From assembly GCA_945903265.1 (NCBI GenBank), contig CAMDNQ010000012.1, positions 22,181 through 86,180 on the forward strand: DNA of 64,000 bases, in the 5' to 3' direction. The notes under the pieces are model-generated. The model had not been told where the DNA came from, made no database searches, and saw nothing but the letters and a program-made list of their open reading frames with translations. Each line of letters starts with the position of its first letter. Within the stretch, counting starts at the first letter, position 1. The position numbers and the translations under genes are program-made. Of the stretch, positions 10,407 to 19,743 are shown one piece after another. The DNA comes from Candidatus Sulfopaludibacter sp. SbA3 (GTDB taxonomy: Bacteria > Acidobacteriota > Vicinamibacteria > Vicinamibacterales > UBA2999).

Positions 10407-10925
10407 TCATGAGCAAGTGAGGTGCCGCAGAGCGCGATTTTCGACGTGGATTCGCCTCCAGATGAGCAGGCTGAACAGCACCGTCGCCACCGGGCCCGCC
10501 ACCCGCGCACCGACAAGCAGCGCCATGCTCACCAGCTCGCCCACTACCGCGACATAGTTCGGATGACGAATCCATGCGTACGGCCCCCGCACCACCAGCG
10601 GTTCCGGTACAACGAGCACCCTGAACGTCCATCGATCCCCGAGCGACGCAATCGCCCAGAACTTGAGCGCCTTGGACGCGACCATCAGGAGGGCGCCGGC
10701 GATTGTCGGGACGCCGATGGCCGGGCCGAATATCGCGCCTTCGATCGCCATGAGGACGAATGACGCCGGATAGGCCCATTGCATCGTGCGATAGACATCG
10801 ACGGCCGGCTCGACCGCGCCGCGCCCGCGCAGGGCAGTTTCGTTGCGCCGTGAAACAGACGCCTCGACGGCCATCACGAGCAGGACGAGGCCGAGCGCCA
10901 GCATGGAAAGCGTCAGCGGCGTCAT
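10407..10925 (-). CDS. Isoprenylcysteine carboxyl methyltransferase (ICMT) family protein, BpsB/SrsB-like
   Basis: WAIASLGDRWTFRVLV..GPYAWIRHPNYVAVVGE..RIHVENRAL; ATG 10925 overlaps the upstream TGA. Confidence 0.88.
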   Translation of the reverse strand: MTPLTLSMLALGLVLLVMAVEASVSRRNETALRGRGAVEPAVDVYRTMQWAYPASFVLMAIEGAIFGPAIGVPTIAGALLMVASKALKFWAIASLGDRWTFRVLVVPEPLVVRGPYAWIRHPNYVAVVGELVSMALLVGARVAGPVATVLFSLLIWRRIHVENRALRHLTCS

Positions 10926-12073
10926 GCGGGACGCCTCGCCAGATTCACGTCTCCGGCCGCAGCCACCAGCGCGCGAACGGCGGCCGGCCACCGCGACCCC
11001 AGCGCCGCGGCGACGTCCAGGGCCGCGGGCGATCCCACCAGCCACCGGAGTGTTCGATTCAACCGCCACTTGCCCGAAAACTCGCGGCGGCGCACGCGCA
11101 GGAGCTCTCCGTACGCCGGCTGGCCTGTCGTCATTTCTCTCAAGGCGGCCTCGGCCGCGAGCATCCCCCCGCGGACCGCGAACCGGAGCCCGTCGCCGGT
11201 CATCGGATCGACGAATCCCGCGGCGTCACCCGCCAGCAACAACCCGGGCGCCCCCGCGCACGCCGCATCGACAGCCAGCGGACCGAGCACGACCGGCGGC
11301 GTCACGCGGCTGGCGCCGCTGAACCGGTCGCGCAAACGGCCGTCGTCGCGAATTGCGGCGGCGATCATCTCCTCGGCAGGAACGCCGCCAGTATCCATGT
11401 GCACGAGCTCCCGCACGACGCAGACATTCGCGAGGCCTGGCGCGACCGGCGCGATCCCGAGATACCCGTCGGCTCGAATGTGCATCTCGCCCCGCGTGGT
11501 CATGGCGTCGATGCCGCGAAAGTACGCACCATACGCCCAGCGCTGCGGAGACGACGCGAACCGTGTCAGTCCAAGCGCGCCTCCGAGCCGCGAGCCTCGT
11601 CCGTCCGCGGCGATCACGATGTCGGCGTGCACGTCCTCGTGCCGGCCGCGGTCGTTGACCCGGATGCCTGCCACCCGCGCCGTCTTTGGATCGATGACGG
11701 GCGCATCGACACGCACACCCGACGTCAATCGTGCGCCGGCCGAGACCGCCGCGGCGAGGAGCGCCGCATCGAACTCTCGGCGCTCGATCGCTGCCCCGCA
11801 CACACCGAGGGGATAGTCAGCAGCGATCGCGGCGCCGTGAGGTCCGGTCACCAGCATGCCGGTCACGGGATGGGACGCGTTCCGCACGGCTGCACCTACG
11901 CCCAGCGCATCGAGCATGGCCAGCGTGCCTGGATTGACCGTATCGCCGCAGAGCTTGGGTCTGGGGAAGGTCGCGCGGTCGAACAACTCGACATCGACGC
12001 CCGCGCGCGCAAGCACGAGCGCCGCAACGCTGCCGGCGGGACCCGCGCCGACCACCACGGCACGATGGCTCAC
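10922..12073 (-). CDS. FAD-dependent oxidoreductase (geranylgeranyl reductase / flavin monooxygenase family)
   Basis: VVGAGPAGS, FPRPKLCG, IAADGRGS, LAGDAAGFVDPMTGDG. Confidence 0.88.
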   Translation of the reverse strand: MSHRAVVVGAGPAGSVAALVLARAGVDVELFDRATFPRPKLCGDTVNPGTLAMLDALGVGAAVRNASHPVTGMLVTGPHGAAIAADYPLGVCGAAIERREFDAALLAAAVSAGARLTSGVRVDAPVIDPKTARVAGIRVNDRGRHEDVHADIVIAADGRGSRLGGALGLTRFASSPQRWAYGAYFRGIDAMTTRGEMHIRADGYLGIAPVAPGLANVCVVRELVHMDTGGVPAEEMIAAAIRDDGRLRDRFSGASRVTPPVVLGPLAVDAACAGAPGLLLAGDAAGFVDPMTGDGLRFAVRGGMLAAEAALREMTTGQPAYGELLRVRRREFSGKWRLNRTLRWLVGSPAALDVAAALGSRWPAAVRALVAAAGDVNLARRPA

Positions 12074-12116
12074 CTCTCGACTCCCGCTCGGGGTGACCCT
12101 GAGCTTGGTCGCAGGG

Positions 12117-13385
12117 TCACTGGGCCCGGCCGAGCACCAGCGCGCTGTTCTTGGACCCGAATCCGAGGCAGTTGCACAGCGCGGCTTCGATCTGCGCCTC
12201 GCGGGGCACGTTCGGAATGAAGTCCATGTCGCACGCCGGATCCTGATCGTGCAGGTTGATGGTGGGCGGAAGGATGCCGCAGGTCATCGCGAGCGCAGTC
12301 GCCACCACGCCTGCCGCTCCGCTCGCGCCCTGGGGATGGCCGATCATCGATTTGGTCGACGACCCCGGCACCGCATCCGCGTGCCGTCCGAAGACGCGGC
12401 GCACGCACCGCGATTCAATGGCGTCGTTCAACTGCGTCGAGGTGCCGTGGTAATTGACGTACCCGATCTCCTCGGGACGACGGTTCGCGCGCGCGAGGGT
12501 CGTTTCGATGCATCGCACGATTTCCTGGCCATCGGGATCCATCTGGACCCTGTGAAAGGCGTCACAGGTTGATGCGTACCCCTCGACACGGGCATACCGC
12601 TTCGCACCTCTGGCAATGGCGCGATCTTCACGCTCGAGCACCACCATCCAGGCGCCTTCTCCCAGGACGAATCCGTCGCGGCCACGATCGAACGGGCGCG
12701 ACGCCTCCGCCGGCCGATCGTTGTAGTGCGTGGAGACCGCCCGCATCCGCGAGAAGCCGAAGATCATCCCGGGCAGCACGCAGCCATCGGTGCCTCCGGA
12801 CAGGATCGCGTCGTACTCGCCAGACCGAATCAGGGCCGACGCGTATCCGATGGCATCCGTGGAGCTCGTGCAGCCGCATGACAGGACGTGGCTCTGCCCG
12901 TGGAGCTGCAGCGCAATGGAGATTTCGCTCGAGACCATCCCGCAGATGCCGCACGCAATCGCATACGGGGTGACGTGCTTCCCTCCGGTCGTGAAGAAAT
13001 CCTCGTACTGCTTTTCGCCGACGTCGATGCCGCCCCCGCCGCTGCCGATCACGACGCCCGCATTGGGTTCGCCCGCGCGCAGCCCCGCATCGCCCCACGC
13101 CTCGCGCGCCGCGATGACACCGAAGAGCGCCGCGCGGGAATACCGCCTGGGGTCCGCGTGTCCCTCTCCGTTGTCGCCGTCGAGCGGCGGCGCATCGTCA
13201 ATCGACACAGGGGGCACCGACGCCGCGACGCGGCACGGCATCGAGGACGCGTCGAACTCGGTAATGGCGCGGCATCCGCTGATACCGCGGCTGACGTGAT
13301 GCCAGTACGTATCGCGGCCGACGCCGTACGGAGACACGACCCCGATGCCACTGATGACGACGCGCGGCGCACCGTTGAGGGTCAT
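12117..13385 (-). CDS. fabF: Beta-ketoacyl-ACP synthase II-like ketosynthase
   Basis: RVVISGIGVVSP, catalytic Cys (SCGCTSS), His (YHGTST), His (GHPQGA), SRPFDRGRDGFVLGEG; start re-called to MTLNGAPR. Confidence 0.88.
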   Translation of the reverse strand: MTLNGAPRVVISGIGVVSPYGVGRDTYWHHVSRGISGCRAITEFDASSMPCRVAASVPPVSIDDAPPLDGDNGEGHADPRRYSRAALFGVIAAREAWGDAGLRAGEPNAGVVIGSGGGGIDVGEKQYEDFFTTGGKHVTPYAIACGICGMVSSEISIALQLHGQSHVLSCGCTSSTDAIGYASALIRSGEYDAILSGGTDGCVLPGMIFGFSRMRAVSTHYNDRPAEASRPFDRGRDGFVLGEGAWMVVLEREDRAIARGAKRYARVEGYASTCDAFHRVQMDPDGQEIVRCIETTLARANRRPEEIGYVNYHGTSTQLNDAIESRCVRRVFGRHADAVPGSSTKSMIGHPQGASGAAGVVATALAMTCGILPPTINLHDQDPACDMDFIPNVPREAQIEAALCNCLGFGSKNSALVLGRAQ

Positions 13386-13391
13386 GCGGTC

Positions 13392-13399
13392 ACTATAAT
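13392..13399. promoter_or_regulatory. Overlapping divergent -10 elements serving two apparently leaderless genes
   Basis: TATAAT (+, 13394-13399) lies 7 nt before GTG 13407; TATAGT (-, 13397-13392) lies 6 nt before ATG 13385; only 21 nt separate the starts. Confidence 0.7.
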
Positions 13400-13406
13400 A
13401 GCGGCC

Positions 13407-14102
13407 GTGCACGACGATCGGTCCGCCTTTGCGAGCGTGTTCCGATGGGTTGGCGCCATCCTCTTCTTCGCCTCTCTCGCCTATTTTCTTTTCACGTATC
13501 TGACAACGTTCGGCATCGCCGCGACCGGCGCGGCGTCGATGCGGGCTATTACGTGGAACGTCGCGCTGTTTACGATCTTTGCGCTGCACCACAGCGTCTT
13601 CGCGCGCACCGGCATCCGCGACTGGGTAAGGCGGACATTTCCCGACCTCGAACGTTCGATCTATGTGTGGGTGGCGAGCGCTCTGTTCATCGCGGTGTGT
13701 GCATTCTGGCGACCGGTGCATGGTGTGGCCTGGAGCGTGACGGGGCCGGCCGCGTGGGGGCTCTGGGCACTTCAGGCAGCCGGCGTCTGGCTGACGCTGC
13801 ATAGCGCGCGAGCGCTTGATGTTCGGGATCTTGCGGGATTACGTTCCGTGGCGCGCCACACGGAATTCAAGACATCGGGACCGTACGGCTGGGTACGACA
13901 CCCAATCTATTCCGCCTGGTTTCTGATGGTGTTCCCGACGCCTGAGATGACGGGGACGCGGCTCGTCTTTGCGGTGGTGAGCTGCGTCTATCTGCTGATC
14001 GCGATTCCGCTGGAAGAACGAACGATGCGGGCCTCACCCGACGGTGGGTACGACGGTTACATGCGAAAAGTGCGCTGGCGCCTGATACCTTGGCTCTACT
14101 GA
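13407..14102 (+). CDS. Membrane methyltransferase, MddA/nurim (ICMT/PEMT-like) family
   Basis: NVALFTIFALHHSVFAR..LERSIYVWVAS, GPYGWVRHPIY, IPLEER, YMRKVRWRLIP. Confidence 0.75.
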   Translation: MHDDRSAFASVFRWVGAILFFASLAYFLFTYLTTFGIAATGAASMRAITWNVALFTIFALHHSVFARTGIRDWVRRTFPDLERSIYVWVASALFIAVCAFWRPVHGVAWSVTGPAAWGLWALQAAGVWLTLHSARALDVRDLAGLRSVARHTEFKTSGPYGWVRHPIYSAWFLMVFPTPEMTGTRLVFAVVSCVYLLIAIPLEERTMRASPDGGYDGYMRKVRWRLIPWLY

Positions 14103-14131
14103 ACTCGGAACCCGGAACTCGGAACCGGGAA
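14101..14131. repeat. Heptamer tandem repeat (GGAACYC-like) between convergent genes
   Basis: gaactc ggaaccc ggaactc ggaaccg ggaa. Confidence 0.75.
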
Positions 14132-14139
14132 CGCGTTCT

Positions 14140-14445
14140 TTATTCGTCGTAGTCTTCCTTCGGCAGCCCTTCGTACTGATCGAGCGAGACGATCGACTGA
14201 TGCGACGGCAGCTCGAACCGCTTGCCGCACGTCTTGCAGGTCACTTCGTCTTCCGCGCGGATGAGATGGTCCTTGACCTTCGCGAAGAGGGCACGGTCGC
14301 GCTCGTCGCCGCCGCCAGGCATCTGGGGCTTTCGTGTCCGGCGGACCCACCGAATCGTGTAGTCGTTCGTACGGCGGCACCGGGGGCACTGCAGGCGCGC
14401 CGGACGCTGCTCCGGCTTTTCCGTAAAGAAATGTCTCTCGTCCAC
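14140..14445 (-). CDS. Small putative Zn-ribbon protein (CxxC...CxxC)
   Basis: CPRC and CKTC pairs, coding-like composition, extended -10 TGCTACTCT 6 nt upstream of GTG. Confidence 0.75.
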   Translation of the reverse strand: MDERHFFTEKPEQRPARLQCPRCRRTNDYTIRWVRRTRKPQMPGGGDERDRALFAKVKDHLIRAEDEVTCKTCGKRFELPSHQSIVSLDQYEGLPKEDYDE

Positions 14446-14477
14446 GGAACGAGAGTAGCACTGATAAACTGCGATCA

Positions 14478-16868
14478 GTGCCCGACCCGACGCCGCCGAC
14501 GCTCCCCGCGGAGCTGCCGGTCCTCCCCCTTCGCCGCACCGTTGCGTTTCCGCTGACGCTGCAGCCGCTGGCGATCAACCGTCCAGTGTCGATTGAATCG
14601 GTGAACCGCGCGCTGGCGGCCGACCGGCTCATCCTGCTGCTGCTCCAGAAAAACGACGAGGACGATCCGACCCCGGAGGACGTCTCGAATGTCGGCACCG
14701 TGGCGGTGATCCGCCAGATGGCCAAGGGGGGCGGCGGCGTCAACGTGGTCATCGAGGGGGTCGCGCGCGTTCGCGCCGACGTCGTCACGCGGACGGGCAC
14801 CTCGATGCGCGCGCAGATCACGCCGCTGCCGGAAAGCGTCGAGCGGACGATCGAAGTTGACGCGCACGTCCGCCGCATCCAGGAACTGGTCGAGAAGGCG
14901 ATGCCGCTATCGACCGGACTCGCCGAGGAATTGCGGACCGTCGTCATGAACATCGACGACCCGCTGCGGCTCGCGTACGTGATGGCGACGCTCCTCGACA
15001 TCAAGCCGTCCGATAAGCAGCAGCTCCTCGAAGAGAACGACCTACTGAAGAAGCTGCAGATGGTCGTCTCCGCTCTGACGCGCGAGATTTCGCTCCTCGA
15101 GCTGAAGGGCAAAATCGAGTCGCAGGCACAGCAGGAGATGACCGACGCGCAGCGGCATTACTACCTGCGCCAGCAGTTGAAGGCGATCCAGCAGGAACTC
15201 GGTGAAGGCGAAGGCAACGAGCTCGCCGAGCTGCGCAAGCGGATCGAAGACGCCAAGCTTCCCGAATCGATTCTCGTCGCCGCGATGCGCGAGGTGGACC
15301 GCCTGGCGCGGATGGGACCCTCCTCACCCGAGTCGCAGATGCTGCGCACCTACATCGAGTGGCTGCTCGACGTGCCCTGGTCGGTGATTACCGAGGATCG
15401 CCTGGACCCGGTGGAGGCGCGCAGGGTCCTCGACGAAGATCACTACGACCTCGACAAGGTCAAGCAGCGCATCGTCGAATACCTGGCCGTCCGGAAGCTC
15501 AAAGGCGACATGAAGGGGCCGATCCTCTGCTTCGTCGGGGCCCCCGGTGTCGGCAAGACCTCGCTGGGCCAGTCGATCGCCCGGGCGATGTCGCGCAAGT
15601 TCGTGCGCATTTCGCTCGGCGGCGTGCGCGACGAGGCGGAAATCCGGGGACACCGGCGCACATATATCGGCGCCATTCCCGGCCGGATCGTTCAGGCCCT
15701 CAAGCAGGCCGGATCGATGAACCCGGTCTTCATGCTCGACGAGATGGACAAGATTTCCGTCGGCTACCAGGGCGACCCGGCGTCGGCGCTGCTCGAGGTG
15801 CTCGACCCGGCCCAGAACAACACCTTCCGGGACCATTACCTGGAAGTGCCCGTGGACCTCTCCAAGGTGCTGTTCATCGCCACGGCGAACCAGCTCGGCA
15901 CGATTCACCCGGCGCTCCTCGACCGGATGGAGATCATTTCCCTCAGCGGCTACACCGAGGAAGAAAAGGTCCACATCGCCCGTAAGTACCTGCTGCCACG
16001 GCAGATGAGCGAGCACGGACTCCCCGACGGTGCGATGGACCTGACCGATCGGGCGCTCGCGGTGATCATCTCGGAATACACCCGTGAGGCTGGCGTCCGG
16101 AACCTCGAGCGCCAGCTCGGCACGATCTGCCGTAAGGTCGCCGCCCGGATCGCGACGCTTCCGCCGGGGGCGCCCGCCATCGAAAAAGCGGTGATCGACG
16201 GGCCTGAGGTCGACGATTATCTCGGGCCGGCGCGCTTCAAGAAGGAGCTGGCGTTCCGTACATCCCGCCCGGGGGTCGCGACGGGCCTGGCGTGGACCGA
16301 AACGGGCGGCGACGTGCTTTTTATCGAAGCGACCTTGCTTCCGGGCGGAAACCAGAACATCATTCTCACGGGCCAGCTCGGCAACGTGATGCAGGAATCG
16401 GCGCGGGCCGCCGTGAGCCACCTGCGGTCGCGGGCCATGGAGCTGGGCATCGCGCCGGAGTTCCTGGCGAAACATGACCTGCACGTCCATGTGCCGGCCG
16501 GAGCCATTCCGAAGGATGGGCCGTCGGCTGGCGTAACGATCGCGACAGCGATCCTGTCGGCCGCGCGTAACCGCGCCGTGCGGCAGGATGTCGCAATGAC
16601 CGGCGAGATCACTTTGAGCGGCCTGGTGCTTCCCATCGGCGGAATTCGCGAGAAGGCGCTGGCGGCCCGCCGGTATGGCATCAAGACGGTGATCCTGCCG
16701 GCGCTCAACGAACCGGATCTCGAAGAACTGCCGGAAGAAGTCCGGCGCGACATGACGTTTGTGCCGGTCGAGACGCTTGATCAGGTGATCAAGGTGGCGC
16801 TCCCGGACGGAGACACTGTGACAACCCCCGACACCCTAACGGCCACGCACGATCACCCGGAACGATAA
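14478..16868 (+). CDS. lon: ATP-dependent Lon protease
   Basis: Lon N domain, [14 protein letters not shown], catalytic PKDGPSAG and GGIREK; TAAACT 7 nt upstream of GTG. Confidence 0.97.
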   Translation: MPDPTPPTLPAELPVLPLRRTVAFPLTLQPLAINRPVSIESVNRALAADRLILLLLQKNDEDDPTPEDVSNVGTVAVIRQMAKGGGGVNVVIEGVARVRADVVTRTGTSMRAQITPLPESVERTIEVDAHVRRIQELVEKAMPLSTGLAEELRTVVMNIDDPLRLAYVMATLLDIKPSDKQQLLEENDLLKKLQMVVSALTREISLLELKGKIESQAQQEMTDAQRHYYLRQQLKAIQQELGEGEGNELAELRKRIEDAKLPESILVAAMREVDRLARMGPSSPESQMLRTYIEWLLDVPWSVITEDRLDPVEARRVLDEDHYDLDKVKQRIVEYLAVRKLKGDMKGPILCFVGAPGVGKTSLGQSIARAMSRKFVRISLGGVRDEAEIRGHRRTYIGAIPGRIVQALKQAGSMNPVFMLDEMDKISVGYQGDPASALLEVLDPAQNNTFRDHYLEVPVDLSKVLFIATANQLGTIHPALLDRMEIISLSGYTEEEKVHIARKYLLPRQMSEHGLPDGAMDLTDRALAVIISEYTREAGVRNLERQLGTICRKVAARIATLPPGAPAIEKAVIDGPEVDDYLGPARFKKELAFRTSRPGVATGLAWTETGGDVLFIEATLLPGGNQNIILTGQLGNVMQESARAAVSHLRSRAMELGIAPEFLAKHDLHVHVPAGAIPKDGPSAGVTIATAILSAARNRAVRQDVAMTGEITLSGLVLPIGGIREKALAARRYGIKTVILPALNEPDLEELPEEVRRDMTFVPVETLDQVIKVALPDGDTVTTPDTLTATHDHPER

Positions 16869-16870
16869 AT

Positions 16871-18046
16871 TTGGCAGCAGCGATCGTCTTCTACGTCTCG
16901 GGACACGGCTTCGGCCACGCCTCACGCACCATCGAGGTCATCAACGCCATTCTCGTCAAGCGCCCAGAGACGCGTATCGGCGTCCGGACGGGGGCGCCCC
17001 GCTGGCTCTTCGACCTGACGGTCAAGGGCAAGATTGCGTTCAGCACGCTCGAGACCGATACGGGCGTCGTGCAGAGCGACGCGCTGTCGCTCGACGAAGC
17101 GGACACGATCCGCCGGGCGTCTGCCTTTCACAGCGATCTCGTCACGCGCGCGGCGAGCGAAACCCGCATCCTGCGCGAGCTGGGTGCCGGCCTGATCGTG
17201 GGAGACATCCCGCCGCTGGCGTTCTCGGTCGGCGCCGCCGCCGGGATTCCGTCGATCGGGATGGGCAACTTCACCTGGGACTGGATCTACGCCGACTACC
17301 CGCGCGTGCGCCTGGCGCCCTCGCTCCTGCCGGCCATCCGCACCGCGTACGGCAAAGCGTCGATGGCGCTGCGGCTGCCAATGTCGGCCGGGTTCGAGAG
17401 CTTCTCGAACGTCAAGGACATCCCGTTCATCGCCCGTCACGCCACGAAGACGCGCGAGGAAGTCGCCAAGGCGCTCAAATTGCCGACCGAAAAGCCCTGG
17501 GTGCTGATGTCGTTCGGCGGGTACGGCGCGTCGAGCATCGACATGGATGTCGTCGCCAAGATGAAGAAGTACATCGTCCTCAATACCATTACCCAGCCGT
17601 CCGGCCGAGCCCGCAAGGACACCCCGATGATCGACCGCAAGGGGGCGCTCGTCTCGATCAGTGAAGAGCCGATGTACGACCATGGCGTGCGGTACGAGGA
17701 TCTCGTGGGCGCGGCCGTGGCGGTGGTCACCAAGCCTGGCTACGGCATCATCTCGGAGGCGATCGCGAACGACACCGCGGTCCTGTACACCTCGCGCGGC
17801 CACTTCCCCGAGTACGAAGTGCTGGTCGAGGAAATGCCGAAGTATCTGAAGTCGGCGTTCATCAGTCAGGAAGATCTGTTCAGCGGCAAGTGGGATTCGC
17901 CGCTCGATAAGCTCCTGGCGCAGACGCGGCCGAAGGGCGCGAAGAAGCCAGACACCAACGGCGCCGAGGTGGCGGCGGACATGCTGCTCCAGGCGCTCGA
18001 CAAGCCGCCGAAGAAGCCGCGCGGACGGCCGAAGACGAAGGTCTAG
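16871..18046 (+). CDS. GT-B fold glycosyltransferase-like protein (resembles the arabinokinase N-terminal domain)
   Basis: FYVSGHGFGHASR, GDIPPLAF, NFTWDWIY, VVTKPGYGIISE; basic C-terminal tail. Confidence 0.78.
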   Translation: MAAAIVFYVSGHGFGHASRTIEVINAILVKRPETRIGVRTGAPRWLFDLTVKGKIAFSTLETDTGVVQSDALSLDEADTIRRASAFHSDLVTRAASETRILRELGAGLIVGDIPPLAFSVGAAAGIPSIGMGNFTWDWIYADYPRVRLAPSLLPAIRTAYGKASMALRLPMSAGFESFSNVKDIPFIARHATKTREEVAKALKLPTEKPWVLMSFGGYGASSIDMDVVAKMKKYIVLNTITQPSGRARKDTPMIDRKGALVSISEEPMYDHGVRYEDLVGAAVAVVTKPGYGIISEAIANDTAVLYTSRGHFPEYEVLVEEMPKYLKSAFISQEDLFSGKWDSPLDKLLAQTRPKGAKKPDTNGAEVAADMLLQALDKPPKKPRGRPKTKV

Positions 18047-18061
18047 GCGGTCCGTTCACTC

Positions 18062-18150
18062 TTCTAGATTCTCGCTGCTCGGTTCGTGTTCAGGTTCGGG
18101 GTTCGAACGCCTTTGAACGTGAACACGAACGGAGAAGAGAGAATCCAGAA
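18062..18150. repeat. Long imperfect inverted repeat (REP-like hairpin) between convergent genes
   Basis: ttctagattctc pairs with gagaatccagaa; gttcgtgttcaggttc pairs with gaacgtgaacacgaac. Confidence 0.75.
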
Positions 18151-18158
18151 CCGCGAAT

Positions 18159-18845
18159 TCACTCCTTAATACAGGTAATCAACGACCAGATCGGGGGGAC
18201 GTTCACCTTCTCCACCGAGAGTGGGCGGAGCCCCGTCTGCTCCAGCAGCATCTGCCGATCGAGATCCGCCTTGAAGCCGATGTGCACGGTGGCGGGCGAG
18301 ATCGCCTGCTCCATCCGGGCGAGCAGGCGGTTCGTGCTGCGGAAGTGATTGAGGATGACGATGCGTCCTCCGCGGCGGCAGACCCGGCACATTTCGCGGA
18401 CGACGGCGACCGGGTCGGGCACGACGCTGACCGTGTACGGCGCATACACGCGATCGAAGGACTCGTCGACGAACGTCAGGTGCGCGGCATCCGCCTCCAG
18501 CAGCCGGATATGCGTCAGCCCGGCAGCCCCAATGCGATCCCGGGCGCGTTCGAGCATGTCCGATGAGAGATCAACGGCCGTGACCTCGCAGTGCGGCGGA
18601 TAGAGCGGCGCGTTGATGCCTGTGCCCGCGCCGACTTCCAGTACGCGATCGCCAGGCTCGATCGCCAGGCGCTCAATCGCCTTGACCCGGCCCGGCTGCA
18701 GGAGCGGCCCGAACGCGATGTCGTAGACGGGCGAGAGGTACGCGTAGACGCGATCGACAAAGGCGTTCCCCACGGTGGCGACCGAGAGGGCGTCTGCGCG
18801 CGAGTTGTGCGGGAAATGGTCGTGCCGCCGAAGGGAGATGGCCAT
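18159..18845 (-). CDS. Class I SAM methyltransferase, PmtA-like phospholipid N-methyltransferase (paralog 2)
   Basis: VYDIAFG..RVLEVGAGTG..VVPDP..RVCRRGGRIVILNHF. Confidence 0.82.
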   Translation of the reverse strand: MAISLRRHDHFPHNSRADALSVATVGNAFVDRVYAYLSPVYDIAFGPLLQPGRVKAIERLAIEPGDRVLEVGAGTGINAPLYPPHCEVTAVDLSSDMLERARDRIGAAGLTHIRLLEADAAHLTFVDESFDRVYAPYTVSVVPDPVAVVREMCRVCRRGGRIVILNHFRSTNRLLARMEQAISPATVHIGFKADLDRQMLLEQTGLRPLSVEKVNVPPIWSLITCIKE

Positions 18846-18925
18846 TAACAGCCCTTCGATCCATGGTCCGTGCCGCCTTCGCGCCGTATTCGACGCCGCT
18901 GCGCGGCACGCGACGAATTACCGAG

Positions 18926-19609
18926 CTACTTGTTGCAGATCACCAGCGACCACAGCGGTGGCATGCTGATCTTCTGGACGAGCACGGGACGCAGCTCAGC
19001 TTGCGCCAGGAACTCCGGCAGGTCGAGATCCGACTTGAATCCAATATGGACCGTCAACGGAGACAGCGCACGGTCGAGACGCGACATCACCGGGCTGGTG
19101 CTCCGGAAATGGTTCAGGATGACGATCTTGCCGCCGGGCCGGCACACCCGCCGCATTTCCTGGACGACCTTGATCGGGTCCGGCACGCAGTTCACGAGAT
19201 ACGGCGCGTAGACCACGTCGAACGAGTTATCGGGAAACTGCAGCGCCGCCGCATCCATCTGCATCAGGCGGATGTGGGAGAGGCCCTTCTTGATGATTCT
19301 GGCCCTGGCCTTGTCGAGCATCGGATTGGAAAAGTCGATGCCGGTGACGTGGCAATGGCGCGGATAGAGCGAGGCGTTGATCCCAGTGCCGACGCCAACC
19401 TCGAGCACACGGTCGCCGCGACGGATGCCGATTTTTTCGAGCGCGAGCAGCCGGCCGGGATGGAGGATCGGCCCAAAAATGACGTCGTAGACCGACGCCA
19501 GCTTGTCGTAGACGCCATCGACGAAATGGTTATCGATCGCGACAACCGACAGCGCCTGGCTGCGGAGGTCGGCCCGAAACTCGTCGTTTTCGCGCTCGAA
19601 CAAGGGCAT
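18926..19609 (-). CDS. Class I SAM methyltransferase, PmtA-like phospholipid N-methyltransferase (paralog 1)
   Basis: VYDVIFG..RVLEVGVGTG..CVPDP..RVCRPGGKIVILNHF; GGAG SD. Confidence 0.85.
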   Translation of the reverse strand: MPLFERENDEFRADLRSQALSVVAIDNHFVDGVYDKLASVYDVIFGPILHPGRLLALEKIGIRRGDRVLEVGVGTGINASLYPRHCHVTGIDFSNPMLDKARARIIKKGLSHIRLMQMDAAALQFPDNSFDVVYAPYLVNCVPDPIKVVQEMRRVCRPGGKIVILNHFRSTSPVMSRLDRALSPLTVHIGFKSDLDLPEFLAQAELRPVLVQKISMPPLWSLVICNK

Positions 19610-19743
19610 CCGATTCTCCAGTATGGACCAGCTAAATTGCTGAGAATAAAGACTTTACTGATGAGCGGTCGCGAGCCGTTTTCGCGAAGCCGACTGGGCA
19701 CTATACAACAATTTGGAGGGGCCCTGCGGCCAAAACATGCCGC

